NCBI GenBank assembly: GCA_009602725.1
Contig: WELB01000016.1
Location: forward strand, 1,062,634-1,082,633
Direction of reading: 5' to 3'
Length of the DNA: 20,000 nucleotides
From: Spirogloea muscicola
Lineage: Eukaryota
The position numbers were made by a program, and so were the translations under genes. Under the pieces are notes generated by a model. It had not been told where the DNA came from and searched no databases. It was given only the letters and a program-made list of their open reading frames with translations. Shown here in pieces: positions 10,375-19,563 of this stretch (positions are counted from its first letter, which is position 1; every line of letters starts with the position of its first letter).

Positions 10375-11266
10375 CATACGCTTAGGTAGATCGTAGCCAG
10401 ATTGCAAGATCCACTCTTGTCCTCCACAGTTCAGCGAGATTGGTGGACGGAAGCTGGCTCCTGCATATACTTCCTGCAGTAAGACCGTTGCACTTTGAGC
10501 AGAGAGTTCCAAGACTACTTGGTAGTGTAGGTGTCAAAGTACGCTTCATTACCTCTTGGTTGCCTGACTGAGAGAAAGGGTCCAGTGTACGGGAGCCAAG
10601 CACTGGCTATAGAGGCACGAGCTTGAGTCAGTACTTCACGACTCATCGATGTCTGCAATGTGCTCCAGGATACATACCAAGCCCTGACCTTCGACCCCTC
10701 ACAATTTTCTTCCTTTGGTCACCACATATGAAATAACTTGCTTGAATTGCAAGAACAGCTTTTCACTGTAGAGAGGCTTACGCCCCTCTGAGTCCACAGA
10801 ATCATCCCTAATCGAGGACAATTCTGTGCTAGCCACATAATCTAAAGAGATTGCAGGCACACGCCGGCAGGTGGACCACCTGAACTGATGGAGGCCAAGG
10901 CTGCTCTGACTGCGACCACCGACCTGCATGCTGAAATCGCTAATAGGAATAGGAGGTGGGGAGCCCAGGAAAAGCCTTTGGCTAGCCCAGGCTGGGAGGT
11001 AAAGGAGCACAAGAGTAGGTGGGCGGCTGAGCCAAGCACGTCATGTTGTGGGTGGGCAAGGGCAACTGGAGCCTAGATCTTGTTGCAGTGCAACACCTGC
11101 AGCTCCTGCTCTGACACCTGCCTGGCCCTGACCTCGGCCTCCTCTAGTCCAGACTAGTAGTCACCTGGTCTGGTTTCCTCATCTCAGCTAGCCCTCGCAT
11201 GGGCTGGCTCTGGTGGTGGCCAGCAACACCTGCCGCTTATCAAACTCCAGACAAGCATAATACTAC

Positions 11267-13869
11267 CTACCGGTGATGCTTCTGAACGGAGCTGCTCCGT
11301 CCGCCAAGCTTTCCTCCAGGCAGATGCCCAGCCTCCCCATAGTAGCTCTGATACCACTTGACGAAGTGCTTGAGGCCAGTCTTGAGGTCTGTGAAAGGGC
11401 TGTAAGCAAGCTGGTGATGGGCCAAGCTCACATTGGCATGCGTGAATGGGACATCGCCATTGCGCGGCATCTTGATGTAGTTCTTCTTGGCCTTCACTTT
11501 CAGATGCTTCTCCAAAATAGCCACCAGGTTTGGCACGGACACAGGCTGAGTATTGCCAAGGTTGAATATCCGCAGCTGCAAGCAGGGACGCCATAAATGT
11601 CAGGCCAAGCCGATACAGCTGCAAGCCTTGTCTGTCAGATTGGGACCAGGCAGTCGCTCATTCTCTCAGATTGGTCAAAGTGGTCTGACCTGCGCAGGGC
11701 CCCTCTTTTTGCCACCACTGCCCGTAGACGGCTCTGCTGTATCAAGCGCGCTCACACAGCCCTTCACGACATCATCAATGTATGTAAAGTCCCTGGCCAG
11801 ATCAGTCTTGTTGGGGCCCTGCAACAGCAGAGGATGAGTAGCCAATTACCATCAGCCAAAGACAGGCACGCTCTGAAGAGCAATCCCACCTAACATGCAA
11901 GGTCGCCCCACCTGACATGCAAGGTCGCCGCTGAAAGGCCTTATTGCTGGCAGCGTTGCGAGAAGTGCCTCACCTGGAAAACCTTTATCGACTTTCCATC
12001 CAGAATGTGCTGTGTGAACGAAAAGTAGGCCATATCTGGGCGGCCCCAGGGGCCGTACACAGTAAAGAACCGCAACCCGGTCATGGATAGGCCATAGATG
12101 TGATTGTACGTGTGTGCAAACTCCTCCCCGGCCTTCTTCGTGGCAGCATACAGGCTTGCGGGCTGATCTGTTCGATCCGTTTCGGAGAAGGGGACCTGCA
12201 AATGTGGAAGTGCACACGCGTAATGTGTCAATCTTACCGAAGCGCACTCTCACATCAGTATCTGCAGCCAGAGTCTATGCTCTGCGACGACAGCTTGAGT
12301 AGATGGTGCAGGGCCGTACCTTTGTATTGAGGCCATATACTGATGACGATGAGGCCCAGATGATGGCTGGCTGAGGGTTCGCAGCTTTGCAGGCCTCCAA
12401 GAGCGACACAAATCCAGCAATGTTGCTGTGGATATAAGATGCCGGGTTCTGTCGAGGCAGCAGGCAAAAGGTGAGACAGATCAGGAGATGCTGCAGATGG
12501 TGTTTGTCACAAAGACTGCACGTGTCATCATCAGCCTAGGTGCCACGTGGCCACCAAGAGCGCTCGCTTGTGAGACAATTTCTGCCTGCCATGATAGATG
12601 ATGACTTTGGCAGGGAACTACAGTCAAGAGTCTACAAGGAAGGGAGAGCGCCTGCCTGGAGTGCATAGCGAACGCCCGCCTGGGCGGCCATGTGCATGAC
12701 GTGGGAAAAGCGCACGAGCTCAAAGAGCTTATTAAGAAGCTCTATGTCATTGATGTCCCCCTCTGCCACAAAGATTCCGTGCTGCCGGAGGTTTGCATCC
12801 CGAGCACGCTTCAGGGCGGGGTCGTAGTAAGGGTTGAAGTTGTCAATGCCCACCACGCCATCGCCCCTCTTCCGCAGGGCGAGGGCGACGTGAGACCCAA
12901 CAAAGCCTGGTGGGGGGAGCAGGCAAAGCGCAATAGGTGAGAAGCGGGCAGGCTGCTCCTGGCTTCGGGTAGGGCAGCTTGCGGCGGTGCATGAGGTTGC
13001 TCCATCCACAAGCTTGAGCATGACTGCCAGGGCGGGCAGCTTTCAGGGGCAGTAGCCATGCAAGTGTGTGACAGCACCCACAGCTGCCCTTGCAGGCAAT
13101 GCTTGTCGAGGCCACAAGGGCAACACACAGATGGTGGGCAGGAGCTTCCTCACCGGCCGCCCCTGTGACCAGGACCACCAGGTTGCCATGCCGCTTGGGC
13201 TTGCCGGAGCTCCTGACGCGCTTCTCCCACTCGGGCCCTCCCCACGTCACCTTCTTGGGGGGCAAGCGGATGTCGAACCCAAGGAGCGCCGAGTTCTGAG
13301 GAGGAGCAGCGGGACAAGAAGAAGGGAGTAAGTAAACGGATAAGTCACTGGCCGGTTGCACACTGACAGCGCCTGACCGAACGACGAGAAGCGCCCTTGT
13401 GGCCGACGAGAAGGGGACCCGGCCTCTGCCCCGCCCGAGCATGCGCGGCTGCTTGGGCCGAGGAGGTCATGCATGGGCTGGTCTGCGGGCCACGCCCGGT
13501 GGACTGGAAGATAGGGGCTCCGGGCTGGCCACGGCCTCCGAAACCCCCCAGCTCCGCATGCATCGTCTCGCTGGTCCGCTGCTGCCCGACGGAGCGGGCA
13601 GAGGAAGGCGGAGGCGCGCGCGCACCTGGGCGCCGGAGGAGGAGGCGTAGAGGGTGACGGCAGCGAGGGCGAAGAGGAGGCAGAGGGCGCCGGCGAGGAC
13701 GCGCACGGAGGTGGCGTGGTACCACCGCGTGGCCACGCGCGCAAAGTACGTCTTCTCCACCTTGATCTTCCCGGGCGTCGCTGGGATGGAGTCCGGCGAC
13801 GCGGGCCCGCCGGCGCCGCCGTGCCCGTGCCCGTGCCCGTGCCCGTGCCCGTGCCCGTGGCCCGGGCTG
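11267..13869 (-). CDS. GAE: UDP-D-glucuronate 4-epimerase (Golgi type II membrane SDR); start lies in the N-gap
   Basis: Phase-consistent exons 13869(gap)-13626, 13295-13154, 12906-12656, 12448-12320, 12195-11974, 11818-11690, 11575-11267. Motifs: [73 protein letters not shown] (YxxxK), [42 protein letters not shown]. Confidence 0.96.
11885..11929. repeat. 22-bp tandem duplication in a GAE intron
   Basis: CCCACCT(A/G)ACATGCAAGGTCGC x2. Confidence 0.85.
13821..13862 (-). repeat. Hexamer microsatellite encoding (Gly-His)7 in the GAE N-terminus
   Basis: (GTGCCC)6 GTGGCC on the + strand, in frame with GAE exon 1 as [14 protein letters not shown]. Confidence 0.85.
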
Positions 13870-14200
13870 NNNNNNNNNNNNNNNNNNNNNNNNNNNNNNN
13901 NNNNNNNNNNNNNNNNNNNNNNNNNNNNNNNNNNNNNNNNNNNNNNNNNNNNNNNNNNNNNNNNNNNNNNNNNNNNNNNNNNNNNNNNNNNNNNNNNNNN
14001 NNNNNNNNNNNNNNNNNNNNNNNNNNNNNNNNNNNNNNNNNNNNNNNNNNNNNNNNNNNNNNNNNNNNNNNNNNNNNNNNNNNNNNNNNNNNNNNNNNNN
14101 NNNNNNNNNNNNNNNNNNNNNNNNNNNNNNNNNNNNNNNNNNNNNNNNNNNNNNNNNNNNNNNNNNNNNNNNNNNNNNNNNNNNNNNNNNNNNNNNNNNN
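13870..14200. other. Assembly gap (331 N)
   Basis: Run of N with GC-rich flanks, covering the GAE start. Confidence 0.99.
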
Positions 14201-14349
14201 CCCGCCCGCTTGGCCCCGCCCCCGTCGCGCCGCGACAGCCACCAACCCCCTCCGCCATTCTTTTGGGCTGGCCTCTCCCAGCCACCAGTTAATCTGGCCG
14301 CGCTTGCCCCCATCGAAGAAGTGCTCGTGCTCGCCCATAAGAGAGAAAG

Positions 14350-14423
14350 GCGCGCGGGGCGCATGAAATGAAAAGGGAGGCCAATTCAAGCCAATACACA
14401 GTTCAAGCAGAGGCGAGTGCAAA
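14350..14423. repeat. 74-bp perfect direct repeat, copy 1 (copy 2 at 19371-19444)
   Basis: GCGCGCGGGGCGCATGAAATGAAAAGGGAGGCCAATTCAAGCCAATACACAGTTCAAGCAGAGGCGAGTGCAAA is identical at both sites by eye. Confidence 0.95.
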
Positions 14424-14750
14424 CAAATGCCCATAGGGAAGAGGGGCTGGCAAAGCCAGCCCTAAAAAGAACGGACGATGTCCAAAGCCAAAGAAAGAGG
14501 AGCCGGAAGAAAGGACTACACCACAAAACACTACAAAACACGTAGACGATGCAGAAGCTCAGTACCCACGAGTGAGCAACATCAGGTCTGAGTAGCTCGC
14601 TGCAGGGAAAGAGGCACTCAGCCGAGACCCAGAGGCGGCGGCCTTAGCACGGCCTGCTCGCGTGTGGACGGCGTGGGCAAGGGAGCGTTGAAACGAGACA
14701 GCCAGGCGCATGCGGAAGACTTGGGCGAGCGAACCGGCGGCGTTGAAGCC
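14424..14750 (-). mobile_element. 3' fragment (RLE C-terminus plus 3' UTR) of a CRE-like retrotransposon
   Basis: GFNAAGSLAQVFRMRLAVSFQRSLAHAVHTRAGRAKAAASGSRLSASFPAASYSDLMLLTRGY* (stop at 14559), homologous to the end of the 16037 element. The UTR ends with a GGGCTGGC-TTT-GCCAGCCC hairpin and CTATGGGC. Confidence 0.85.
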
Positions 14751-14974
14751 CCTCTGCCATCTCTCTCGGCTCTCGGCCTGCCCTCCTGCCGCCTCCGGCG
14801 CGTGATTCCGCGCGCCTTTCACAGCCCCGCCCCCCTTCTCTCTTGCCGAAACAGTGACCTAGAGTGCTGCATTGGCCACCCTTTCGGTCCATGCACACGG
14901 CGCGCCTTCTCACAGCCCCTGCCCCCTCCCTCACTGCCATTGCCTGACGTTGGGAAGCGCTGTTCCTGCCTCTC

Positions 14975-15500
14975 CTGGTCAGCCAGGGGAGCTGCCCGGC
15001 TTCGACGATGCCGGCTCGCTTGCGCAGGTCTTCCGCATGCGGCTGTCAGTCTCTTTCCAGCGCTCCCTGGCTCACGCAGTCCACTCGCGAGCAGGCCTCG
15101 TAATGACCCCTACCTCTGGGTCTGAGCGGAGTGCCTCTCTCCCAGCTGCAAGTCACTCCGACTTGCCGCTGCTCACTCGTCGGTACTAAGCTTCCATCTT
15201 CAGCTGTCTCGTGTCTACCCGTGTGGGCTTTTTTTCCGGCACCTATTTGGCTCTGTTGGACCTTGTCCATTCTTCGGGCTGGCCTCTCACAGCTACTGAT
15301 GTCAATTTGGAAGACCTTATTTCTCTTGCTTCGGGCTGGCCTCTCACAGCTACTGATGTCAATTTGGAAGACCTTATTTCTCTTGCCTCTCTACTCCCGC
15401 ACTGTGCTCTCAAGCTCGCCCCCTTGCCTGGTCGAGCCTTAGCTGAGATTTTTGGGCTGGCTTTGCCAGCCAATCTTCTCTATGGGCGAGCACTTTCTTC
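14975..15500 (+). mobile_element. 3' fragment (RLE C-terminus plus 3' UTR) of a CRE-like retrotransposon, opposite orientation
   Basis: GFDDAGSLAQVFRMRLSVSFQRSLAHAVHSRAG...ASHSDLPLLTRRY* (stop at 15189). The UTR has a hairpin at 15454-15471 and ATGGGCGAGC at 15482-15491. Confidence 0.85.
15272..15386 (+). repeat. 57-bp perfect tandem duplication within a retroelement 3' UTR
   Basis: CTTCGGGCTGGCCTCTCACAGCTACTGATGTCAATTTGGAAGACCTTATTTCTCTTG at 15272-15328 and 15329-15385. Confidence 0.95.
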
Positions 15501-15621
15501 TTAGCTGGTGGCACAAGAGCTTGTCAATTGCCGACTGGTACTCGGGCATCAGCTAGCGTCCTCAATTCAAGGATTCTGGCACGTTTCACATCGCTTGCAA
15601 CACCTTGGGCAACGGACTGGC

Positions 15622-15873
15622 TCACAACGCACGCCATCCACTCCGCCGAGACCCAGTGGCGGCGGCCTTAGCACGGCCTGCTCGCGTGTGGACGGCGTGG
15701 GCAAGGAAGCGTTGAAGCAATACCGCCAGGCGCATGCGGAAGACTTGGGCGAGCGAACCGGCGGCGTTGAAGCCGGACATCGCCCCTGGCAGACCCTGCC
15801 GCCGGTCAATAGCCTGGCGGGCAAGCCACTGAAGGAGATCCAGCCAGCGACTGCCGAAAGCCCCGTGTACATC
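15622..15873 (-). mobile_element. Internal 3' fragment (RLE end) of a CRE-like retrotransposon
   Basis: DVHGAFGSRWLDLLQWLARQAIDRRQG..SGFNAAGSLAQVFRMRLAVLLQRFLAHAVHTRAGRAKAAATGS. 15639-15774 matches 14615-14750 with about 7 mismatches in 136 bp (manual count). Confidence 0.85.
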
Positions 15874-15874
15874 T

Positions 15875-18800
15875 TTCGAAGGGGCATTCCCAATGGGGGC
15901 AAGGGCTGTGAAAAGCCAGCCCGAAAAAGAATTGACAAAGGTTTGAAGGGGCCAAATGATGGAGGGCCCTAAAAAGCGCTAAGCAGCTATCAAGGGGCCT
16001 GAAGAGGCTATGTTAGGACGGGGGAGGATGGACCACTCAGTAGTTACGAGTGAGGAGCCTCATATGCTGCCGGAAAACTATCCCCCCGACGAAAGCCGGA
16101 GGCCGCAGCGAGAGCACGGCCAGCACGCAGATGCAAGGCGTGGGCCATGGACCGCTGAAGGGAGACGGACAATCGCATACGGTATACCTGAGCCCACGAA
16201 CCAGCGGCGTTGAAGTCAGCCGGCTCACCGCGCCTGCGGGACACAGCGCGCCGCGCAAGCCTGGCCAGCAGGTCGAGCCACTGGGACCCGAGAGCCCTGT
16301 GCACGTCCACAGCCAGGAGGGACGAACTCATCTGCAGCCGGGTGGTCGGCGTGTTCGGCCGCCTTGCTGCGAGCGGCCTTCGCCGCAGCGTGGCCAGCCC
16401 GCGAGGCAGAGAGCCCCGGGTTGGAGCGGTCGACCAGATCAGTGGTGACCACATCAGCAATGTTGGGCGCGCCGCCGCCCGGCGTGGACGCCACCAGGTC
16501 GACGCGGAGCGCGTGGAGTCTGTCAGCCCTCTGGAGGATCGGCATGACAGACGTATTCTCCATCGCAACCGTGTGTCCGGCCTCCTGGAAGATGCCAAAC
16601 ATTGCGTCTCGGAGGAGGTCGTGAGCAGCTGTACGTTCGCCTCCAGTCGCGCAGCGGAGGATATGCGCCGCCAGCTCCGCCAGGTCTGTCGACCGCTCCC
16701 CACACTCACACTGCAGCACGCCAAGCAGACAGGGCGGGGGGAGACCCAACAGGCGATGGGTGGCCGTACGGAAGAGTCCATCTAGCATCCTGAGGGCGTC
16801 GTACAGGGTGAGCGCGCAGAGCCAGGCTGCCCGCGCCAGGGGAGGCGGCCGACAGCAGCCGAGCATGGCCGCGCACGTCTGTGGGAGGGAGGAGCTGCAG
16901 CGTGGCCGTGAAGGACGCCTTGTTGACGGCCGTCATGTACCGCGCCTGCGCTTGCGAGTCGGTGGAGTGGGCAAGGTGGGCAAACGGGACCGCGCTCTCT
17001 GCGAGGGCAGGGTGCTCCGCAAGTAACTCGACTTGAGCTGAGCGGAGCGCCACCTGAAAAGGCAACGAGCCTGTCGCCACCTCCGCCACAGCCTGCTGCA
17101 GCATGGGCCGCCCATCACGGAGAAAGCGCTGTGCCACCGACGTGGCGACCTGAGCCCTCTGCCGAGGAATCCTGGCCTGCAGATGCGAGTGAGCGAGCGG
17201 CAGCCGAGGCCGCCATGGCTGGGGGGCAGAGTGGCCTGGTGCACTGCAGCGGGCGAGTCGAGGAAGCCCGGGTGATGGATGAGGGCCGCCACGCTCTCCA
17301 TGACGCCCGCGTCGAACTTGGTCCAGCACTGCGGAGCAGGGAGGGGTCGTCTGCGCCAGGTAGTGGGGACGCTGCACAATGCATCTGGTGAGCATAGCAA
17401 GCGCCAGCTGCACATCCTGCAGCTCGGGGAGGCGGGCCACCGGCTGGAGGTGCTCCTGGAGTCGGTCGCGCAGTTGCCCCTCGACGAACGACGGCGTGCC
17501 GAATGGGACCCCCAGGATGGTGAGGCCACCGGGGGGAGTCTGGCACCCGGGCGGCAGGGGCAAGGGAGCAGGGAAGCCACGCGCGGACCACGCGATGCAC
17601 TTCTTGGGCCGGATGGACATGCCGAGGGCCAGCTGCTGCTGGAAGGTGGCGGTGGCTGTTGACATATCCCCTGGGCTGCCGACCAGTGTGGTGTCGTCGG
17701 CGTAGGACGGCAGGAGGACGCCAGGGTGCGCTGCCGCAGTGGCCTTGAGAGCGCGGTTGTGAGCCAGCGCAAAGAAGAACCCTGCCAGAGGATCCCCCTG
17801 GCGTGTGCCCGTCCTCGACTGCAGCGTCTCCACCTCGCCACTCTCTGTCCGCCAGAGAAGGTCGCTGGGCTGACCGTAGCCAAGGCGGAAGAAGGGAAGG
17901 AGGGAAGGGAAGGCCGCTCGCAGCTCCTCGGCGATGGCGCTGCGCTCTACGCTGTTGAAGGCGTTTTGGACATCGACAGCCAGGACCATCCAGTCAGGGT
18001 GGAGATCCAGGGCCGTGCGGACGCCATGGACGACAACCTCCCCGCCGCTGCGTAGCCCAGCGCCGTATTGATAAGGGACAAGGTGGGTCTGCGCCTGCCT
18101 GAGATGTTGCTGCCACAGCGTGCGGGCCACCAGCCGGTACAGAACCTCGCCGATGGCGATGGGGCGGACTCCGCCATCGGCCTTGGCGATGGCGAGGAGG
18201 TTGCTGGAGCAGAGCACCGAGCGGGTAGCAACAGGGACCTTGTCCTGGGCCACGAGCTGACAGACTTGGAGCAGCGCCTGGAAGTCGGAGGCCTCGCCCT
18301 CCAGGAACAGCTCGCGGAGGTGCTCCGTGAGCACGTCAGAGGGGCCGCCTGCTGCTGCTCTGCGGTTGCTCTGGAGTACCCGGTGGAGGGTTGCGGCGTC
18401 GAGGGCCACCGCCTCGAGCGGCTCGAAGGAAGGCAGCCAGGGGGAGGAGGGATCACGGGCTTCGGGATGGAGGGCGTCCAGGGCACGTCTGGTTGTCGAG
18501 GTCGGGGAGCCAGCGAAGAGTCGTCAAGTGCTTGCACAGCCCGCGAGAGCTCGCCGGCGTGTCCAAAGCGAAGAGCACGCCGGATGGCCGCTGCTCTGTT
18601 GGACGACGACGACTCCCCACGCCGGGCGTGGCGACTGGCGGCGGCTGCTGCCACTGCAGCGTCGTGTTGCGCCAGGAGCTCCTCCCATCGCCCGTTCTTG
18701 AAGAGGTGGATGCGTTCCAGAAGGGGCTGGCGGCCCTGGCTGCGGCCCTCATGCGGCACCCGGCCCAAGAGCAGGCGAGGGAAGAGGAGGAAGATGGTCC

Positions 18801-19370
18801 ACGCGGCTTGGTCGCGGTGGTCCGCTGCGATGCGGAGCAGGACAGGGCGGAGGGCGCGGCGGATATGTGGGCGTGCCCAGCGGGGAACGTGGCGGATGAG
18901 GGGGAGCGCCGCCTGCCTGAGAACCGCGGCCAGGTCAAGGTCGACGGCCCACTGCCAGTGATGGCGGCTCGGTTGTGCTGGGCTCGGTGAGACAGTCCCC
19001 CCGCGGCTGCTACGGCGAGCGCCGGCTGGTGCTGCTCGTCGCGCCTGTTCAGCGCGATTGTCGCGACGGGCGCAGGCGAGCTCATGCTGGGCCAAGCTGC
19101 GGGGGGTGGGGCAGGGGCCCTGGAGTGCTGGCACAGCAGAGGCGGGGGCGAGCTGGGCGGAATTGAGGGCGGGGGAAGGCGTCGGTTTTAAGCGTGGAGG
19201 GGAAGGTGGCGGCTGCGAGAGAGGAGGCGGAGGCGGCGGTAGCGGCGGCGGCGGGGGTGGCGGCGGAGCTGGCGGCGATGGCGGCGGCGACGGCGGCGGT
19301 GGCGGCGGCGACGGCTGCGGGGGCGGCGGCGCTGGCGACGCTGTGGGGGTTGAGGAGGAAAGGGGGAAAA
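15875..19370 (-). mobile_element. Near full-length, frameshifted CRE-clade-like non-LTR retrotransposon (family A): Pro-rich/zinc-finger N-terminus, RT, CCHC, RLE, 3' UTR
   Basis: RT motifs KADGGVRPIAIGEVLYRL, QYGAG, DVQNAFNSV, GTRQGDPL, YADD (17693-17704) and LGVPFG; LPPSHGGLG; CECG..HILRC; TAAHD; RLE RVDLV..IADVV; ends ...LLTRNY* (16037). Frameshifts near 18505, 17322, 17160, 16832, 16313 and 16065. Confidence 0.93.
16037..19140 (-). pseudogene. Disrupted RT-RLE polyprotein of the family A element
   Basis: Pieces lie in ORFs 17947..19452, 16706..18409, 16933..17883, 16225..16866, 16044..16781 and 16037..16258. At least six frame changes are needed to join them. Confidence 0.88.
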
Positions 19371-19444
19371 GCGCGCGGGGCGCATGAAATGAAAAGGGAG
19401 GCCAATTCAAGCCAATACACAGTTCAAGCAGAGGCGAGTGCAAA
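19371..19444. repeat. 74-bp perfect direct repeat, copy 2
   Basis: Identical to 14350-14423. It abuts the 5' end of element A. Confidence 0.95.
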
Positions 19445-19563
19445 TTAAACAAGGCTACGTAATACAGAGACCTAAACTAAGGTGCCTAAGGTGACATTAG
19501 TTCCCACGGGAGAGCACAAACAAATCGGACAAGCTAACTTGGGGAGCTGGAGCGCCGCCACGA
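19445..19563 (-). mobile_element. Very short C-terminal tip plus UTR of a further CRE-like family (C)
   Basis: RGGAPAPQVSLSDLFVLSRGN* (stop at 19497-19499) followed by GTCACCTTAGGCACCTTAG; compare 6780-6880 on the + strand. Confidence 0.6.

Noticed and set aside
11149..11173. Small hairpins and duplications (11149-11173, 10626-10647, 10074-10098)
   Set aside because: Short enough to arise by chance in 20 kb.
14460..14470. TTTAGGG telomere-like units (also about 15966-15972, minus)
   Set aside because: Single isolated heptamers with no tandem array, so telomere targeting is unsupported.
14765..14805. Possible extra + strand element scrap (LGLPSCRLRRV resembling LGLPPPCLLGV)
   Set aside because: Too short and low-complexity to call.
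15272..15386. Possible CRISPR-like array among the GGGCTGGC repeats
   Set aside because: There is no regular repeat-spacer periodicity, the units are directly adjacent, no cas genes are present and the context is eukaryotic.
15990..16030. CTGAAGAG as a hammerhead ribozyme core (also CTGATGT at about 15296)
   Set aside because: No properly spaced stem II plus GAAA was found. I also could not build an HDV-like fold by eye at the element 5' end.
16706..18409. Bacterial RT system (retron, group II intron, DGR)
   Set aside because: Despite YADD, the CCHC plus RLE tail, the CRE-like motifs (RPIAIGE, QYGAG, GGLG) and the spliced eukaryotic neighbours indicate a non-LTR retrotransposon.
14350..19444. 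LTR retrotransposon interpretation of the 74-bp repeats
   Set aside because: No TG..CA termini, PBS, gag, integrase or RNase H. The RT and RLE are of the non-LTR type.
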